DNA of 38,007 nt from Bdellovibrionia bacterium (GCA_049424145.1 JBMSSC010000009.1:1-38007); one strand, 5' to 3'; numbered from the stretch's first letter, positions 18,784 through 28,377 are shown. Notes: generated from the letters alone by a model not told the origin. Numbers and translations are program-made.

Positions 18784-19989
18784 GTGACACAAAATGAAGT
18801 CTCTTTAGGAGAGTACTTAAGGCATGAACGCGAGCTTCGAGGTATCACCATCGAACAGGTCGCCTCGGCAACCAAAGTGGGGGTTCGCTCGCTCCATGCT
18901 TTAGAGGCGGATCACTACTCGGAGCTGCCTGCTAAGCCGTTTGTTCGGGGTTTTGTGAATGCCTATTGTCAGTTCATCGGGCTTGACTCCAAAGAAGTCT
19001 TGGCGCGTTATGAAGATTACATTCAGCAGAAATCCAGCGAGCGCCCGAATCATGAAGGGGGCCATAGTGGCTATGCGTTTGAGAAACGAGATGGGGATCA
19101 GCAAAGTCGCACCTTTTTAACCCTTGCGATTGTGGGTTTTACCGTGGTGGGAGCCGTGGCGATGATGATCTTAAAGCCGTCTCTTCATCATCATAAGTCC
19201 TCTCATCTGGATCGGCTAAGAGCGGCGCATCCGTCTCAGCCTGCAGCAGCGGTCGGCTTAAAAGCAGAAGCTCCTTTGGTTGAGCCCACGGCCATGCCCT
19301 CGCCCGCTGCTTCGGTGGTGACTACGACCCTAGTTTCAGGCAACAGTGAAGTGGGCGGTCAGTCTCCCGCCCTCACGTTGGTCTCTGATCTAAAGCCTAG
19401 CTCTCCCAGTAGTGCGGCGTTGAGTCTGATTTCAGCTGAAGTTCCTGCTCAGCCCAAGGTCGTTGAGGCGCCTGGGGTGAGAGCCGCCTCCTTACCGCTC
19501 CCTGTGAGCACACCGTTGGTGTTGCTCTCGCCGCCTGTGGTCTCCCCCTCGCCTGTTCCTTCTCCAGTGGCGTCGAGTTCGCCTCATGCGGCCGATCCCT
19601 TGGACTCAGGGTTACCCTTACTCCCCTCTGAGATTCATCATAAAGTCATTGTGAAAGTGCTCGCCGATATTTGGGTGCGTTATCGTGTGGATGCTCGTCC
19701 GATTCGAAAGTTTATTATCCGAAAAGGCAATACCTTGGTCCTTCGTGCCAAAGATGACATGGTGTTTCAGGTCTCCAATGCGAATGCCGTGAAGGTGAAT
19801 TACAACAATTCGGGATTGAAGCTGATGAAAGAGAAAAAAGGGGTGGCTCAAGTGCTGGGCACACCGACTCTTTTTTATCCTGCTGAGTTAGAACAAAAAA
19901 TGCCTCAACCCTTCGGTGAGGTGGATCCGCTTCCTCAAACGAATGATCCTGAGCCCGAGTCTCAGACCACTCCTCAGTCAAGCCCTTGA
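18784..19989 (+). CDS. rodZ: RodZ-like cytoskeleton protein (HTH, TM, Pro/Ser linker, C-terminal domain)
   Basis: LGEYLRHERELRGITIEQVASATKV..LHALE..LPAKPFVRGFVNAYCQFIGLD, a single TM, and C-terminal WVRYRVD...VSNANAVKVNYN. GTG start. Confidence 0.8.
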   Translation: MTQNEVSLGEYLRHERELRGITIEQVASATKVGVRSLHALEADHYSELPAKPFVRGFVNAYCQFIGLDSKEVLARYEDYIQQKSSERPNHEGGHSGYAFEKRDGDQQSRTFLTLAIVGFTVVGAVAMMILKPSLHHHKSSHLDRLRAAHPSQPAAAVGLKAEAPLVEPTAMPSPAASVVTTTLVSGNSEVGGQSPALTLVSDLKPSSPSSAALSLISAEVPAQPKVVEAPGVRAASLPLPVSTPLVLLSPPVVSPSPVPSPVASSSPHAADPLDSGLPLLPSEIHHKVIVKVLADIWVRYRVDARPIRKFIIRKGNTLVLRAKDDMVFQVSNANAVKVNYNNSGLKLMKEKKGVAQVLGTPTLFYPAELEQKMPQPFGEVDPLPQTNDPEPESQTTPQSSP

Positions 19990-20041
19990 CGCTCAGGGAG
20001 GGAGTTAAACGGCATTTTGCTCCTCGTCTTTCATTCTGAAA

Positions 20042-20156
20042 AAGTTATCCACACTCAAACCTGAAGTTATCCACACGTGATAACTTATTGATCTATAAGG
20101 CTTTTTTTATCTAATTCTCTTATTTTTCGTGTTTTCGTAGAAAGTTATCCACACGT
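20042..20156 (+). promoter_or_regulatory. Cluster of three perfect DnaA boxes with an AT-rich spacer
   Basis: TTATCCACA at 20045-20053, 20067-20075 and 20145-20153, all in the same orientation and each inside AAGTTATCCACAC. AT-rich stretch 20081-20140 contains one GATC. The cluster lies between convergent stop codons. Confidence 0.8.
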
Positions 20157-20251
20157 CCAGGTTGTATGGGCTTTGAGCTCTGTTTTTTAAGATTTATGTA
20201 ACGCAGGGGCGAGTGCGGCGTTTGTGCACGCTTTTTGAATGACGGGTTTTT

Positions 20252-21382
20252 CTACCAGGCTGCTTTACGGAAGCGATAGAGTCCGATGCTCAGGAGCAAG
20301 AGGTTGGGGCATTGCATGGCCCAGAAGGGGTGAAGGAGATCCTTTTGTAACGCCAGGGTTCCTAGGGTCTGGGTGAGCCAATAGATGAAGATAAAACCAA
20401 AGCCTGTGATCAGAGCTCCGGTTTTTGCTGCTCGGGTGCGAAAGGTGCCAAAACCAATGCCTAAAAAGATAAAAACCAAAGGGCTCCAGGCCGTACAATA
20501 ACGTCTCCAGTACTCGCCTCGAAACTCTCGTCCGGCGTAGGTGGTTAAGTCGGTGGCTTTGATTTTTTCAAGTAATTCTTCATAAGGGATCATATTGGGC
20601 TTCACCAAGGTGGTGTCAGCACCCTCGGTCACCTCAAGAAACAGGTGATACGTTTTAAAGTCCATGCGTTCGTAGGTGTGATCTTCGATTCGATTGTGAT
20701 GAGTGCTTCCATTGGAGAGTCGAAGCAGAATCGAGCTCCCCAGTTCTTGTTGGGTTTTCATGGGAATGATCGCCCCCTCCTTGGCGATATAGGTCATGGG
20801 GCTTTTGGGTTCTCGTTCGTCGTAGATGAAAACCTTATGCATTTGATTCGTTTTTGAATCGACGTGGTCGGCAAAGATGAGGAGGTCGAAAAACCCTGTA
20901 GTGAACATTCCCTCACGAATGTTGCTTACGATCTTGGTGTTACTGAGTTTAATGATGGTTTTTTTAAATTCCTTTCCCACCCAAGGAACCCAGGTATTGT
21001 TGAGGACGACGGAGAGCAGGGATAGGAAAAAAGCCAGAACAAAGCAGGACAATGAAAGACGAACCAAGCTGATCCCGCTGGCTTTTAAGGCCACAATCTC
21101 GTTGTCCATGGAGAGTCGACTAAAGCAAAACAAAACCCCCAGCAAGAATGAAATCGGAATAGTGAGGGGGAGAAAAGAGAGGATCATAAAGAGGCTCATT
21201 TTTCCTAAGAGGGGAATGGAAGCTCCGTGGAGGATGAAAAAATCAGCCAATCTGAGCATCTGAAACATAAAAAGGATGAAGGTCAGAAAAATAAAGGAGC
21301 CTAAGAAGGCGCCTAAAACCCCTTGAAGAAGGTATCGATCGATCTTTTTGGGCCTCCATCCTCTTAGCCACTCAGTAGGCAT
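20252..21382 (-). CDS. lptF: LptF/LptG-family LPS export permease
   Basis: KKIDRYLL, PISFLLGVLFCFSRLSMDNEIVALKASGISL, a periplasmic beta-rich segment, and three C-terminal TMs ending WAMQCPNLLL. LptF versus LptG is uncertain. Confidence 0.8.
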   Translation of the reverse strand: MPTEWLRGWRPKKIDRYLLQGVLGAFLGSFIFLTFILFMFQMLRLADFFILHGASIPLLGKMSLFMILSFLPLTIPISFLLGVLFCFSRLSMDNEIVALKASGISLVRLSLSCFVLAFFLSLLSVVLNNTWVPWVGKEFKKTIIKLSNTKIVSNIREGMFTTGFFDLLIFADHVDSKTNQMHKVFIYDEREPKSPMTYIAKEGAIIPMKTQQELGSSILLRLSNGSTHHNRIEDHTYERMDFKTYHLFLEVTEGADTTLVKPNMIPYEELLEKIKATDLTTYAGREFRGEYWRRYCTAWSPLVFIFLGIGFGTFRTRAAKTGALITGFGFIFIYWLTQTLGTLALQKDLLHPFWAMQCPNLLLLSIGLYRFRKAAW

Positions 21383-22772
21383 TTTTATTCACAAAGCCTT
21401 TCCAAAGGGTGAGAAAGAGAATTTTGAGATCCAAAAAGTAGGACCAGTTTCGGATGTAGTAGAGATCGCATTCAATTCTTTGGTCCAAAGAAGTATTGCC
21501 TCTCCATCCGTGGATTTGTGCCCAACCGGTGATCCCTGCTTTGACTTTATGTCGGAGCATGTAATTGGGGATTTCATGGCGAAATTGATGCACAAAGACT
21601 GGGCGTTCGGGACGAGGGCCAACCAGTGACATCTCGCCTTTGAAGACGTTCCAAAATTGAGGCAGTTCGTCGAGGCTGGTGCTTCGCAAGAAGGTCCCAA
21701 GCCGGGTTCTCCTCTGGTCATCGGGTTTGGCCCAAACGGCCCCTGAAGCACTCTCTGCATCGGCATGCATGGATCGAAATTTATACATCTGAAAGCTTCG
21801 TCCATCGAGGCCCATCCGCTCTTGAGCATAAAAAATGGGGCCTTTAGAGGTGAGTTTAATCATGAGCGCAATGAGCACCAGGAGGGGGAAAAGAATCATC
21901 AGGGCCAAGAAAGCGAGAACGAGATCAGTCAGGCGCTTGGCTAAGGCTCCCCATCCTCTCAAAGGCGAACCGTTGAGATTCACCAGAGGAAGTCCATCAA
22001 AGTCTTCAATCTCGCATCCTAAAGTAATGAATTCGTGGATGTCGGGGATGAGTTGAATGTTCAGCGGTTCATCTTTAATCAGAGTCAAAATGCGCTCTAA
22101 CTCCGTGTACTGACTGCGGGGAAGAGCCAGGAGGATTTGGTCGGGTCGATTTTGTTTTAAGATCGATCGGAGTTCACCAAAATGCCCAATGACGGGCTTT
22201 CCTGAAATTTCTTTGAGGGTGGAGTGTTCATGAGTGAGGATGCCCTGAGTTCTGAGTCCGAGCTCGGGAAACTTATCCATCCGGCGAATGATGGTTTGAA
22301 CGGCTTCGCCCTCTCCTAAAATTAAGACATGTCTTAAGTTATATCCCTGACGCCGGATCTCGCGAAGGGCATTGCGAAGCACCAAGCGAAGAAGCGTCAG
22401 AAGTCCTGCGCTCACCAGACCAAACGACACGATCACACCCCGAGAGTATCGGTACTCGCTTGCAATGGACGTGAGTGTGATGAAAAAAAGTAAGGCCAAG
22501 CCATGAGCTTTTAAGAGCTGGAAGATCTCATCCGTTCGCCGGAGCATTCGTTTGGATTCATAAATGCGAGTGTTGGAAAACACCACCATCCAAAGAGCAA
22601 TCACAAAGGGAGTGAGGGCAGCGTACTTTTCAAATCGGGGTAAGCCTCGAGTGATTTCAAACCACTTAAAGTAAAAGCGTAAGCCATACGCGGCAAGCCA
22701 GGAAACTCCGATCACAAGGGCATCGCTGAACCGAAAAATGCCCCCGATAATGTGGTGATAGCGCTTCAACAT
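21372..22772 (-). CDS. Undecaprenyl-phosphate glucose phosphotransferase (WcaJ/GumD-like priming glycosyltransferase)
   Basis: N-terminal TMs, a CoA-binding-like domain, KRLTDL, YKFRSM, SLDELPQFWNVFKGEMSLVGPRPE, RHKVKAGITGWAQ, DLYYIRNWS. Confidence 0.92.
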   Translation of the reverse strand: MLKRYHHIIGGIFRFSDALVIGVSWLAAYGLRFYFKWFEITRGLPRFEKYAALTPFVIALWMVVFSNTRIYESKRMLRRTDEIFQLLKAHGLALLFFITLTSIASEYRYSRGVIVSFGLVSAGLLTLLRLVLRNALREIRRQGYNLRHVLILGEGEAVQTIIRRMDKFPELGLRTQGILTHEHSTLKEISGKPVIGHFGELRSILKQNRPDQILLALPRSQYTELERILTLIKDEPLNIQLIPDIHEFITLGCEIEDFDGLPLVNLNGSPLRGWGALAKRLTDLVLAFLALMILFPLLVLIALMIKLTSKGPIFYAQERMGLDGRSFQMYKFRSMHADAESASGAVWAKPDDQRRTRLGTFLRSTSLDELPQFWNVFKGEMSLVGPRPERPVFVHQFRHEIPNYMLRHKVKAGITGWAQIHGWRGNTSLDQRIECDLYYIRNWSYFLDLKILFLTLWKGFVNKNAY

Positions 22773-22820
22773 AGGATGCCCCTATGTTAATGAAGTTTAG
22801 CGAAAGGGCAAAGAACTATC

Positions 22821-24368
22821 ATGAGAAAACTTCCTGATTTACGAGTTCACTTATCCGTTCCAAAAACAGTCGATACCGCCGTTTATCCCGTGTTTCAAGA
22901 CGCGACCAAAAAGGCCATCGTGCCGCGCGGGGAGTATCGTTCGTGGGTGGAGAGGCTTCAAAAATCGAAAATCTTTGATGGAAAGTATGGGAGTTTTCAA
23001 GTCCTACGCTTTCTTGAGGATTCCGTAGCCGAGCATGTGGTGTTTTTGGGCTTAGGCGCGGCCAGTGAGCTGACGGAAGAAAAACTCCGAGTGATGGGCG
23101 GAAAACTCTGGGCTAAGCTGGTGGCCGAGAAGGCTAAGGCCGTTTCCATTCACCTGGATCCGCTTTTGGCAGGAGTCGGGAAGAAAGACGTTCGTCACTC
23201 CCGCTGGGTTCGATCGTTCTTCGAGGGTTTACTTTTGAGCTCGTATGAGTTTGATAAGTACAAAACGGGATCCTCACCCTCGAGTTCGAATCGCTCGAGC
23301 TCAAAAGACGAGCGACCTGCTCCTCATTCGATTGATCTGGTCACGGAAGATCCCGTCTTGAAGTCGGAGATGGAGTCGGAGCTTGCAAAGCTTCAGTCTT
23401 TATGTGACGCCGTGTTCCTCACTCGGGATTGGTCCAACGAGCCCTCCAATGTCGGCACCCCGATCTATTATGCAACTGAAGCTAAGAAACTCGCTAAAAC
23501 GCATGGACTCCAATGCCGGATCTTAACTGAAGCCGATGCACAGAAAGAGAAGATGGGTCTTCTTTTAGGGGTCGGTCAAGGATCCGAGCGGGAGAGTCGA
23601 GTGGTGGTGCTTGAGTACAAACCCAAGGGAGTAAAAAACCCCAAAACCGTAGCCTTGGTGGGTAAAGGAGTCACTTTTGATAGTGGAGGGATTTCCATTA
23701 AGCCTGCCTTAAAAATGGAAGACATGAAGCATGACATGACGGGCGCTGCAACGGTCATGGGAGCTCTCTTGCTTGCTGCTCGGTGGAAAGTCTCCACTCG
23801 GGTGGTGGGTGTCTTGGCTTTTGTGGAGAATATGCCCAGCGGCCATGCCATTCAGCCAGGCAATGTGATTGCTTCGCGAGCGGGAAAAACAGTGGAAATC
23901 ATCAATACCGATGCGGAGGGGCGACTGATCTTGGCTGATGCCTTGGACTATGCGCAAGACTTTAAGCCGGATGCCGTGATTGATGTGGCCACCTTAACGG
24001 GTGCCGTCTCCGTGGCTTTGGGAAAACACTGTTGTGGAGTCCTAGGTAATGACGAGAACTTAATCGATTCGCTGCGCTCTGCAGGTGACGCCACGGGCGA
24101 GCGCCTCTGGCCTCTGCCTCTTTTCGATGAGTACCTGGAGGATTTAAAGTCCGATTGTGCAGATCTTAAGAACTCAGCCAATGACCCGATGGGTGGAACC
24201 ATTCGAGGAGCGATTTTTCTTAAGCAATTCATTCGTAAGGAAGTGGCTTGGGCTCACTTGGACATTGCCTCAACGGCTTGGGGTTTAGGCCATTTGTCCT
24301 ACTGCCCGAAAAAGGGAGCCAGTGGGTCTTACGTGAGGACTTTGGCAGAGTTTCTGGCCAATTACTAA
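22821..24368 (+). CDS. pepA: Leucyl aminopeptidase (M17)
   Basis: LVGKGVTFDSGGISIKP, MKHDMTGAA, ENMPSG, NTDAEGRLILADAL, DVATLTGA, WAHLDIA. Confidence 0.96.
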   Translation: MRKLPDLRVHLSVPKTVDTAVYPVFQDATKKAIVPRGEYRSWVERLQKSKIFDGKYGSFQVLRFLEDSVAEHVVFLGLGAASELTEEKLRVMGGKLWAKLVAEKAKAVSIHLDPLLAGVGKKDVRHSRWVRSFFEGLLLSSYEFDKYKTGSSPSSSNRSSSKDERPAPHSIDLVTEDPVLKSEMESELAKLQSLCDAVFLTRDWSNEPSNVGTPIYYATEAKKLAKTHGLQCRILTEADAQKEKMGLLLGVGQGSERESRVVVLEYKPKGVKNPKTVALVGKGVTFDSGGISIKPALKMEDMKHDMTGAATVMGALLLAARWKVSTRVVGVLAFVENMPSGHAIQPGNVIASRAGKTVEIINTDAEGRLILADALDYAQDFKPDAVIDVATLTGAVSVALGKHCCGVLGNDENLIDSLRSAGDATGERLWPLPLFDEYLEDLKSDCADLKNSANDPMGGTIRGAIFLKQFIRKEVAWAHLDIASTAWGLGHLSYCPKKGASGSYVRTLAEFLANY

Positions 24369-24479
24369 ATTTTTGATCCATCAGCATTTGGCTACTCAAC
24401 CCGATCCAGGGAGGTTGCGTCTCTACGGGTGGGTTTGAATGAAGGCGAACAGATGAGCTTTCAGAAGGAGATGAGAATT

Positions 24480-25802
24480 TTGACCACGAATCGTTTTTAC
24501 ATTGAAAACGCCGCTCAGTTTGAGGGCCAAGAAGTCACGGTCCAAGGCTGGGTTTACAATAAACGGAGTTCAGGGAAGATTAAGTTTTTAATCCTTCGGG
24601 ATGGAACGGGCTTGATGCAAGCCATCTTGTTTAAAGGCGATTGTCAGGAGGAAGCCTTCACGGCGTTCGATGCGCTCACGCAGGAGTCCTCGGTGGTGGT
24701 CAAAGGGAAGCTGCGTCGGGAGCCTCGTTCACCCGGGGGTTATGAGCTGGGGGTTTCCTCCATTCAAGTGGTTCAAATTGCAGAGGCTTATCCCATTTCT
24801 CCCAAAGAGCATGGGGTGGAGTTTCTCATGGAGAATCGCCACCTTTGGTTAAGAAGTTCCAGGCAGTGGGCTGCCATGCGTGTGAGAGCGGAAATCATCC
24901 GAGCCATCCAAGAGTTTTTTGATCAACAAGGGTTCATCCGTTTTGATGCACCGATCTTAACGCCCAGTGCGTGTGAGGGGACCTCGACTCTCTTTTCAAC
25001 GCAGTACTTTGATGAGAAGGCCTACTTGACTCAATCTGGGCAGTTGTACGGCGAAGTGGGTGCAATGGCGTTTGGCAAGATCTATGTGTTTGGACCCACC
25101 TTTCGAGCCGAGAAGTCCAAAACGCGTAAGCACCTCACTGAGTTTTGGATGGTTGAGCCTGAGGTGGCTTTTTCCGATCTGAACGATAACATGGCACTTG
25201 GGGAAGCGTTGATTGAGCACCTGGTGCAAAGCGTCTTAAGTCGCAAGAATGCGGAGCTAAAGATTTTAGAACGGGATCTCTCGCAGCTTGAGGCCATTCG
25301 TGGGCCTTTTCCTAGGATTTCCTATGATGATGCGCTGAAAATTTTAGAAAAGCGAGGCGTGGGTATTCCCTGGGGTGAAGATTTTGGAGCTCCTCATGAG
25401 ACGGCCTTAGGAGATGAGTTTCAAAAGCCCGTCTTCGTTCATCACATGCCCGCTCAGATTAAGGCGTTTTACTTTAAGCAATCCAATGAAGTCGGTGGGG
25501 AAGCAGGCGTGGCATCAGGCAAGTATGCTTTGGGCTGTGACCTGATAGCGCCGTTTGGGTATGGGGAGATCATTGGTGGTGGGCAGCGTGAGGAGAATGC
25601 CGAGGTTTTAAAGGCTCGAATTCAAAGCCACGGCCTTCATGAAAAAGACTACTCGTGGTACCTGGATCTCAGGCGCTATGGCTCCGTGCCTCACTCAGGC
25701 TTTGGTCTGGGTCTGGAGCGAACGGTAGCCTGGTTAACAGGCGTGGAGCACGTAAGAGAGACCATCGCGTTTCCAAGACTCATCAACACACTCAGACCTT
25801 AA
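24480..25802 (+). CDS. asnS: Asparagine--tRNA ligase
   Basis: OB-fold [91 protein letters not shown]. The probable start is TTG 24480, 9 nt after AAGGAG. Confidence 0.95.
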   Translation: MTTNRFYIENAAQFEGQEVTVQGWVYNKRSSGKIKFLILRDGTGLMQAILFKGDCQEEAFTAFDALTQESSVVVKGKLRREPRSPGGYELGVSSIQVVQIAEAYPISPKEHGVEFLMENRHLWLRSSRQWAAMRVRAEIIRAIQEFFDQQGFIRFDAPILTPSACEGTSTLFSTQYFDEKAYLTQSGQLYGEVGAMAFGKIYVFGPTFRAEKSKTRKHLTEFWMVEPEVAFSDLNDNMALGEALIEHLVQSVLSRKNAELKILERDLSQLEAIRGPFPRISYDDALKILEKRGVGIPWGEDFGAPHETALGDEFQKPVFVHHMPAQIKAFYFKQSNEVGGEAGVASGKYALGCDLIAPFGYGEIIGGGQREENAEVLKARIQSHGLHEKDYSWYLDLRRYGSVPHSGFGLGLERTVAWLTGVEHVRETIAFPRLINTLRP

Positions 25803-25841
25803 CTGGGGCTGAGTCAAAAAGGCGTGCGCTGACTTTCAGCG

Positions 25842-25893
25842 GCATCTGGCGCAAGCACGCGCTGGATGCTTGCGTTGCTGGTGGGTTTTTTTT
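25842..25893 (+). terminator. Probable terminator-like hairpin between convergent asnS and cNMP genes
   Basis: GCATCTGGCGC-AAGCAC-GCGCTGGATGC stem at 25842-25869, or alternative GGCGCAAGCA/TGCTTGCGTT stem at 25848-25876. T8 run at 25886-25893. Confidence 0.45.
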
Positions 25894-25901
25894 GGATGGA
25901 T

Positions 25902-26273
25902 TTAAGAAGTGGGCGTCTTTTGGAGTTGGCGAATCGTCTCGTTGGCTTTTCTCAGTCGGTTGGCCAAAGACGCCATGATGGTTTTTAGGTAATCCGGTAC
26001 GGTGTCGTAGATTTTGCTTAACTCCTCAAACTTGATCTCGAGGACCTCGGAGTACACAATGGCTGAAGCGGAAGCACTCCTAGGCTCTCGGTCAAAAAAG
26101 GAGAGTTCTCCCATGACTTCTCCCGTGGTCACTTTTCCAACTTCCACACTGGAGGATCCTTTTTTCTTGCGGATTGAGATGGCCCCTCGTTTGACGATGA
26201 ACAGGGAGGCTGAGGGCTCCCCTTCGTTAAACAGTATTTCCCCGGCCTTGAAAGTTTTTAGTTCAGCTGCCAT
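25902..26273 (-). CDS. Stand-alone cyclic-nucleotide-binding domain protein
   Basis: FKAGEILFNEGE, LFIVKRG, phosphate-binding cassette GEVMGELSFFDREPRSASA, and a C-helix (LANRLRKANE) with no HTH. Start is ATG 26273 or TTG 26291. Confidence 0.9.
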   Translation of the reverse strand: MAAELKTFKAGEILFNEGEPSASLFIVKRGAISIRKKKGSSSVEVGKVTTGEVMGELSFFDREPRSASASAIVYSEVLEIKFEELSKIYDTVPDYLKTIMASLANRLRKANETIRQLQKTPTS

Positions 26274-26440
26274 GTTTTTCAATTTTGCCAATAAAGATTT
26301 GAAAGCTCAATAAAAAATAAATAAATTTAAAATTCTAAATTAATTCAATAATTTATATTTCAAATTTTCTCATTCATCTAATTGAAAATTCAAATCCTTG
26401 ACCCTGGGTAGGAGAAATTCAAACCGGTGAGGGCATGGGG

Positions 26441-27418
26441 TTACTGAATCTTGAGCTCCTGGATCACACGCTGGGTAATGGCCTGAGCAGAGATGCCGAA
26501 CTTTTCATAAAGCTCTGCAGGCTCCCCACTTTCTCCAAATTGATCCTGAATGCCGAGTCGAATGAGGCGTGCATGGTTTTGGTCTTGCGCGAGGCTTTCG
26601 GCCACGGCACTGCCTAGACCCCCGATTACCGTATGGTCTTCAACCGTTACTAAGCAGGAATAGCTTTGCCCTAAGGCCCGGGTGGCGGCCTCATCAAAAG
26701 GCTTAAGGCAGTGCGCGTTCCAAACGGGCATGAACACGCCATGAGCCTCAAGGTTTTTGGACGCGGTAACGGCATCAGCTACGGAGGCACCGGTTGCAAT
26801 GCAAACCACTGAGTGGGTCTTAGGCTGCTTGGGGTCTGTTTTTTGAGCCGCTTGAGTCGGGGTGTGCACGGGCATGAGTCGGGTCGGCTGAAAAGCCACG
26901 CCACTGGGGTAGAGATCGGGTAGGTTTTGTCGTGTCAGTCTTAAGTAGGCCGGTCCCTTCCATTGAGTCACTAAGTACTCTAAAATGAGTTCCGTCTCTC
27001 GGGCGTCCATCGGTTGGAACACGCCCATAGTGGGTAAGGCTCGCATGAGACTGACGTCTTCCAGTCCCATCTGACTGTGGCCATCGTCACCGATGCCCAC
27101 TCCGGCATGAGTACCAATGAGACGCACATTGGCTCCGGAGTACGCCACGCTCAGTCGAATCGTGTCATATCGTCCGGTGATGAATGCGCCAAAACTACAG
27201 AGAAAGGGGAGTTTTCCGGTGAAAGAAAGCCCAGCAGCCGTGCCAATCATGTTGGCCTCTGCAATACCCATCTCAAAAAATCGATCGGGGAATTTCTTGG
27301 CAAACAGATCCGACTTGGTGGACTTGGAAAGGTCAGCATCCAGTGTGACGATCTCCGGGTGGAGCTCACCTAAACGAGCCAGCGCTTCTCCAAATGCTTG
27401 TCGCGTTGATTTAGCCAT
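26441..27418 (-). CDS. Transketolase, C-terminal subunit (pyrimidine-binding plus C-terminal domain)
   Basis: STRQAFGEAL, LDADLSKST, EMGIAEANM, GDDGHSQ, GPAYLRLTR, VTVEDH..GGLGSAV, FGESG. Confidence 0.93.
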   Translation of the reverse strand: MAKSTRQAFGEALARLGELHPEIVTLDADLSKSTKSDLFAKKFPDRFFEMGIAEANMIGTAAGLSFTGKLPFLCSFGAFITGRYDTIRLSVAYSGANVRLIGTHAGVGIGDDGHSQMGLEDVSLMRALPTMGVFQPMDARETELILEYLVTQWKGPAYLRLTRQNLPDLYPSGVAFQPTRLMPVHTPTQAAQKTDPKQPKTHSVVCIATGASVADAVTASKNLEAHGVFMPVWNAHCLKPFDEAATRALGQSYSCLVTVEDHTVIGGLGSAVAESLAQDQNHARLIRLGIQDQFGESGEPAELYEKFGISAQAITQRVIQELKIQ

Positions 27419-28289
27419 GGGATTTTCCTCCGCGCTGGGATGAGTTCTTTAAGATTTCCTCTTTTGCCTTCAGCGACTCTTCAGGCTTAGGGGCCACCCC
27501 ATGCCAGCTGATGTTATTTTCCATAAAGGAGACGCCCTTGCCTTTGACGGTGCGGGCTAGGATGAAGGTGGGCCTGGGATCCCCGGTTTCTGATGCGCGT
27601 CGGGCTTGTGCAAACGCTTGGAGAATTTGAACGGGATCATGTCCATCGATTTCAAGAACGCTCCAACCAAAGGCCTTCCACTTGTCCGCAATGGGCTCAA
27701 TGGGCATGACGTCACTGACCGACCCGTCGATCTGACCGTTGTTTGCATCAAGAATTGCACACAGATTAGAGAGCTGAAACTTGGGAGCAGACATGGCCGC
27801 CTCCCAGATTTGGCCCTCTTGGATCTCCCCATCTCCTAACAAACAGTAGACGCGTGAGGGCTTTTGATCCAGCTTGAAGCCTAAGGCCATCCCCTGAGCC
27901 ACCGAGAGCCCCTGGCCCAACGATCCGGTTGAGGCCTCTAAAATTGGCATTCGAACTCGATCGGGGTGGCCTTGGAGTCGACTGCCCGTTTGTCTTAGGG
28001 TCTTGAGCTCCTCGTGAGGGATGAATCCTTTTTTGCACAGTGCAGCATAGAGAGCTGGAACGGCGTGTCCCTTGGAGAGGACAAAATGATCTCGTGTGGA
28101 ATCCAGCTGGTTGTCTCCAATTCCTCTCATCTCATGAAAAAAAAGGGCCGTAATGAGGTCAATGGCCGAGAGGCTTCCTCCGGGATGCCCAGATTTGGCG
28201 TGAGTGAGCATGTCTAAGATCCAGATCCTCAGCTCGTCTGCGATCGGAGAGAGGGTTTGGGCTGCTTTTTTTAGATCCAACGATTCCAT
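27411..28289 (-). CDS. Transketolase, N-terminal (ThDP-binding) subunit
   Basis: SGHPGGSLS, RDHFVLSKGH, LQGHP, STGSLGQG, GDGE..EGQIWEA, TVKGKGVSFME, WHG. The probable start is ATG 28289. Confidence 0.93.
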   Translation of the reverse strand: MESLDLKKAAQTLSPIADELRIWILDMLTHAKSGHPGGSLSAIDLITALFFHEMRGIGDNQLDSTRDHFVLSKGHAVPALYAALCKKGFIPHEELKTLRQTGSRLQGHPDRVRMPILEASTGSLGQGLSVAQGMALGFKLDQKPSRVYCLLGDGEIQEGQIWEAAMSAPKFQLSNLCAILDANNGQIDGSVSDVMPIEPIADKWKAFGWSVLEIDGHDPVQILQAFAQARRASETGDPRPTFILARTVKGKGVSFMENNISWHGVAPKPEESLKAKEEILKNSSQRGGKSHG

Positions 28290-28377
28290 GGGCGGGAGTT
28301 TACCACAAATTTGGGGACAAATCACGAGTTTCAAGGCCAGGGTTGAACCTCGAGGTTCATCTTGTTAGAGTAAAAGG

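Noticed and set aside
19990..20251. Calling the DnaA-box cluster oriC outright
   Set aside because: No origin-associated genes, no evident skew switch, no clear DnaA-trio array, and only three boxes. Kept as an unresolved DnaA-binding locus.
22821..24368. Functional link between pepA (a carAB regulator and Xer accessory factor in E. coli) and nearby carA or the DnaA boxes
   Set aside because: The genes are kilobases apart in separate transcription units, and nothing in the sequence supports a link.
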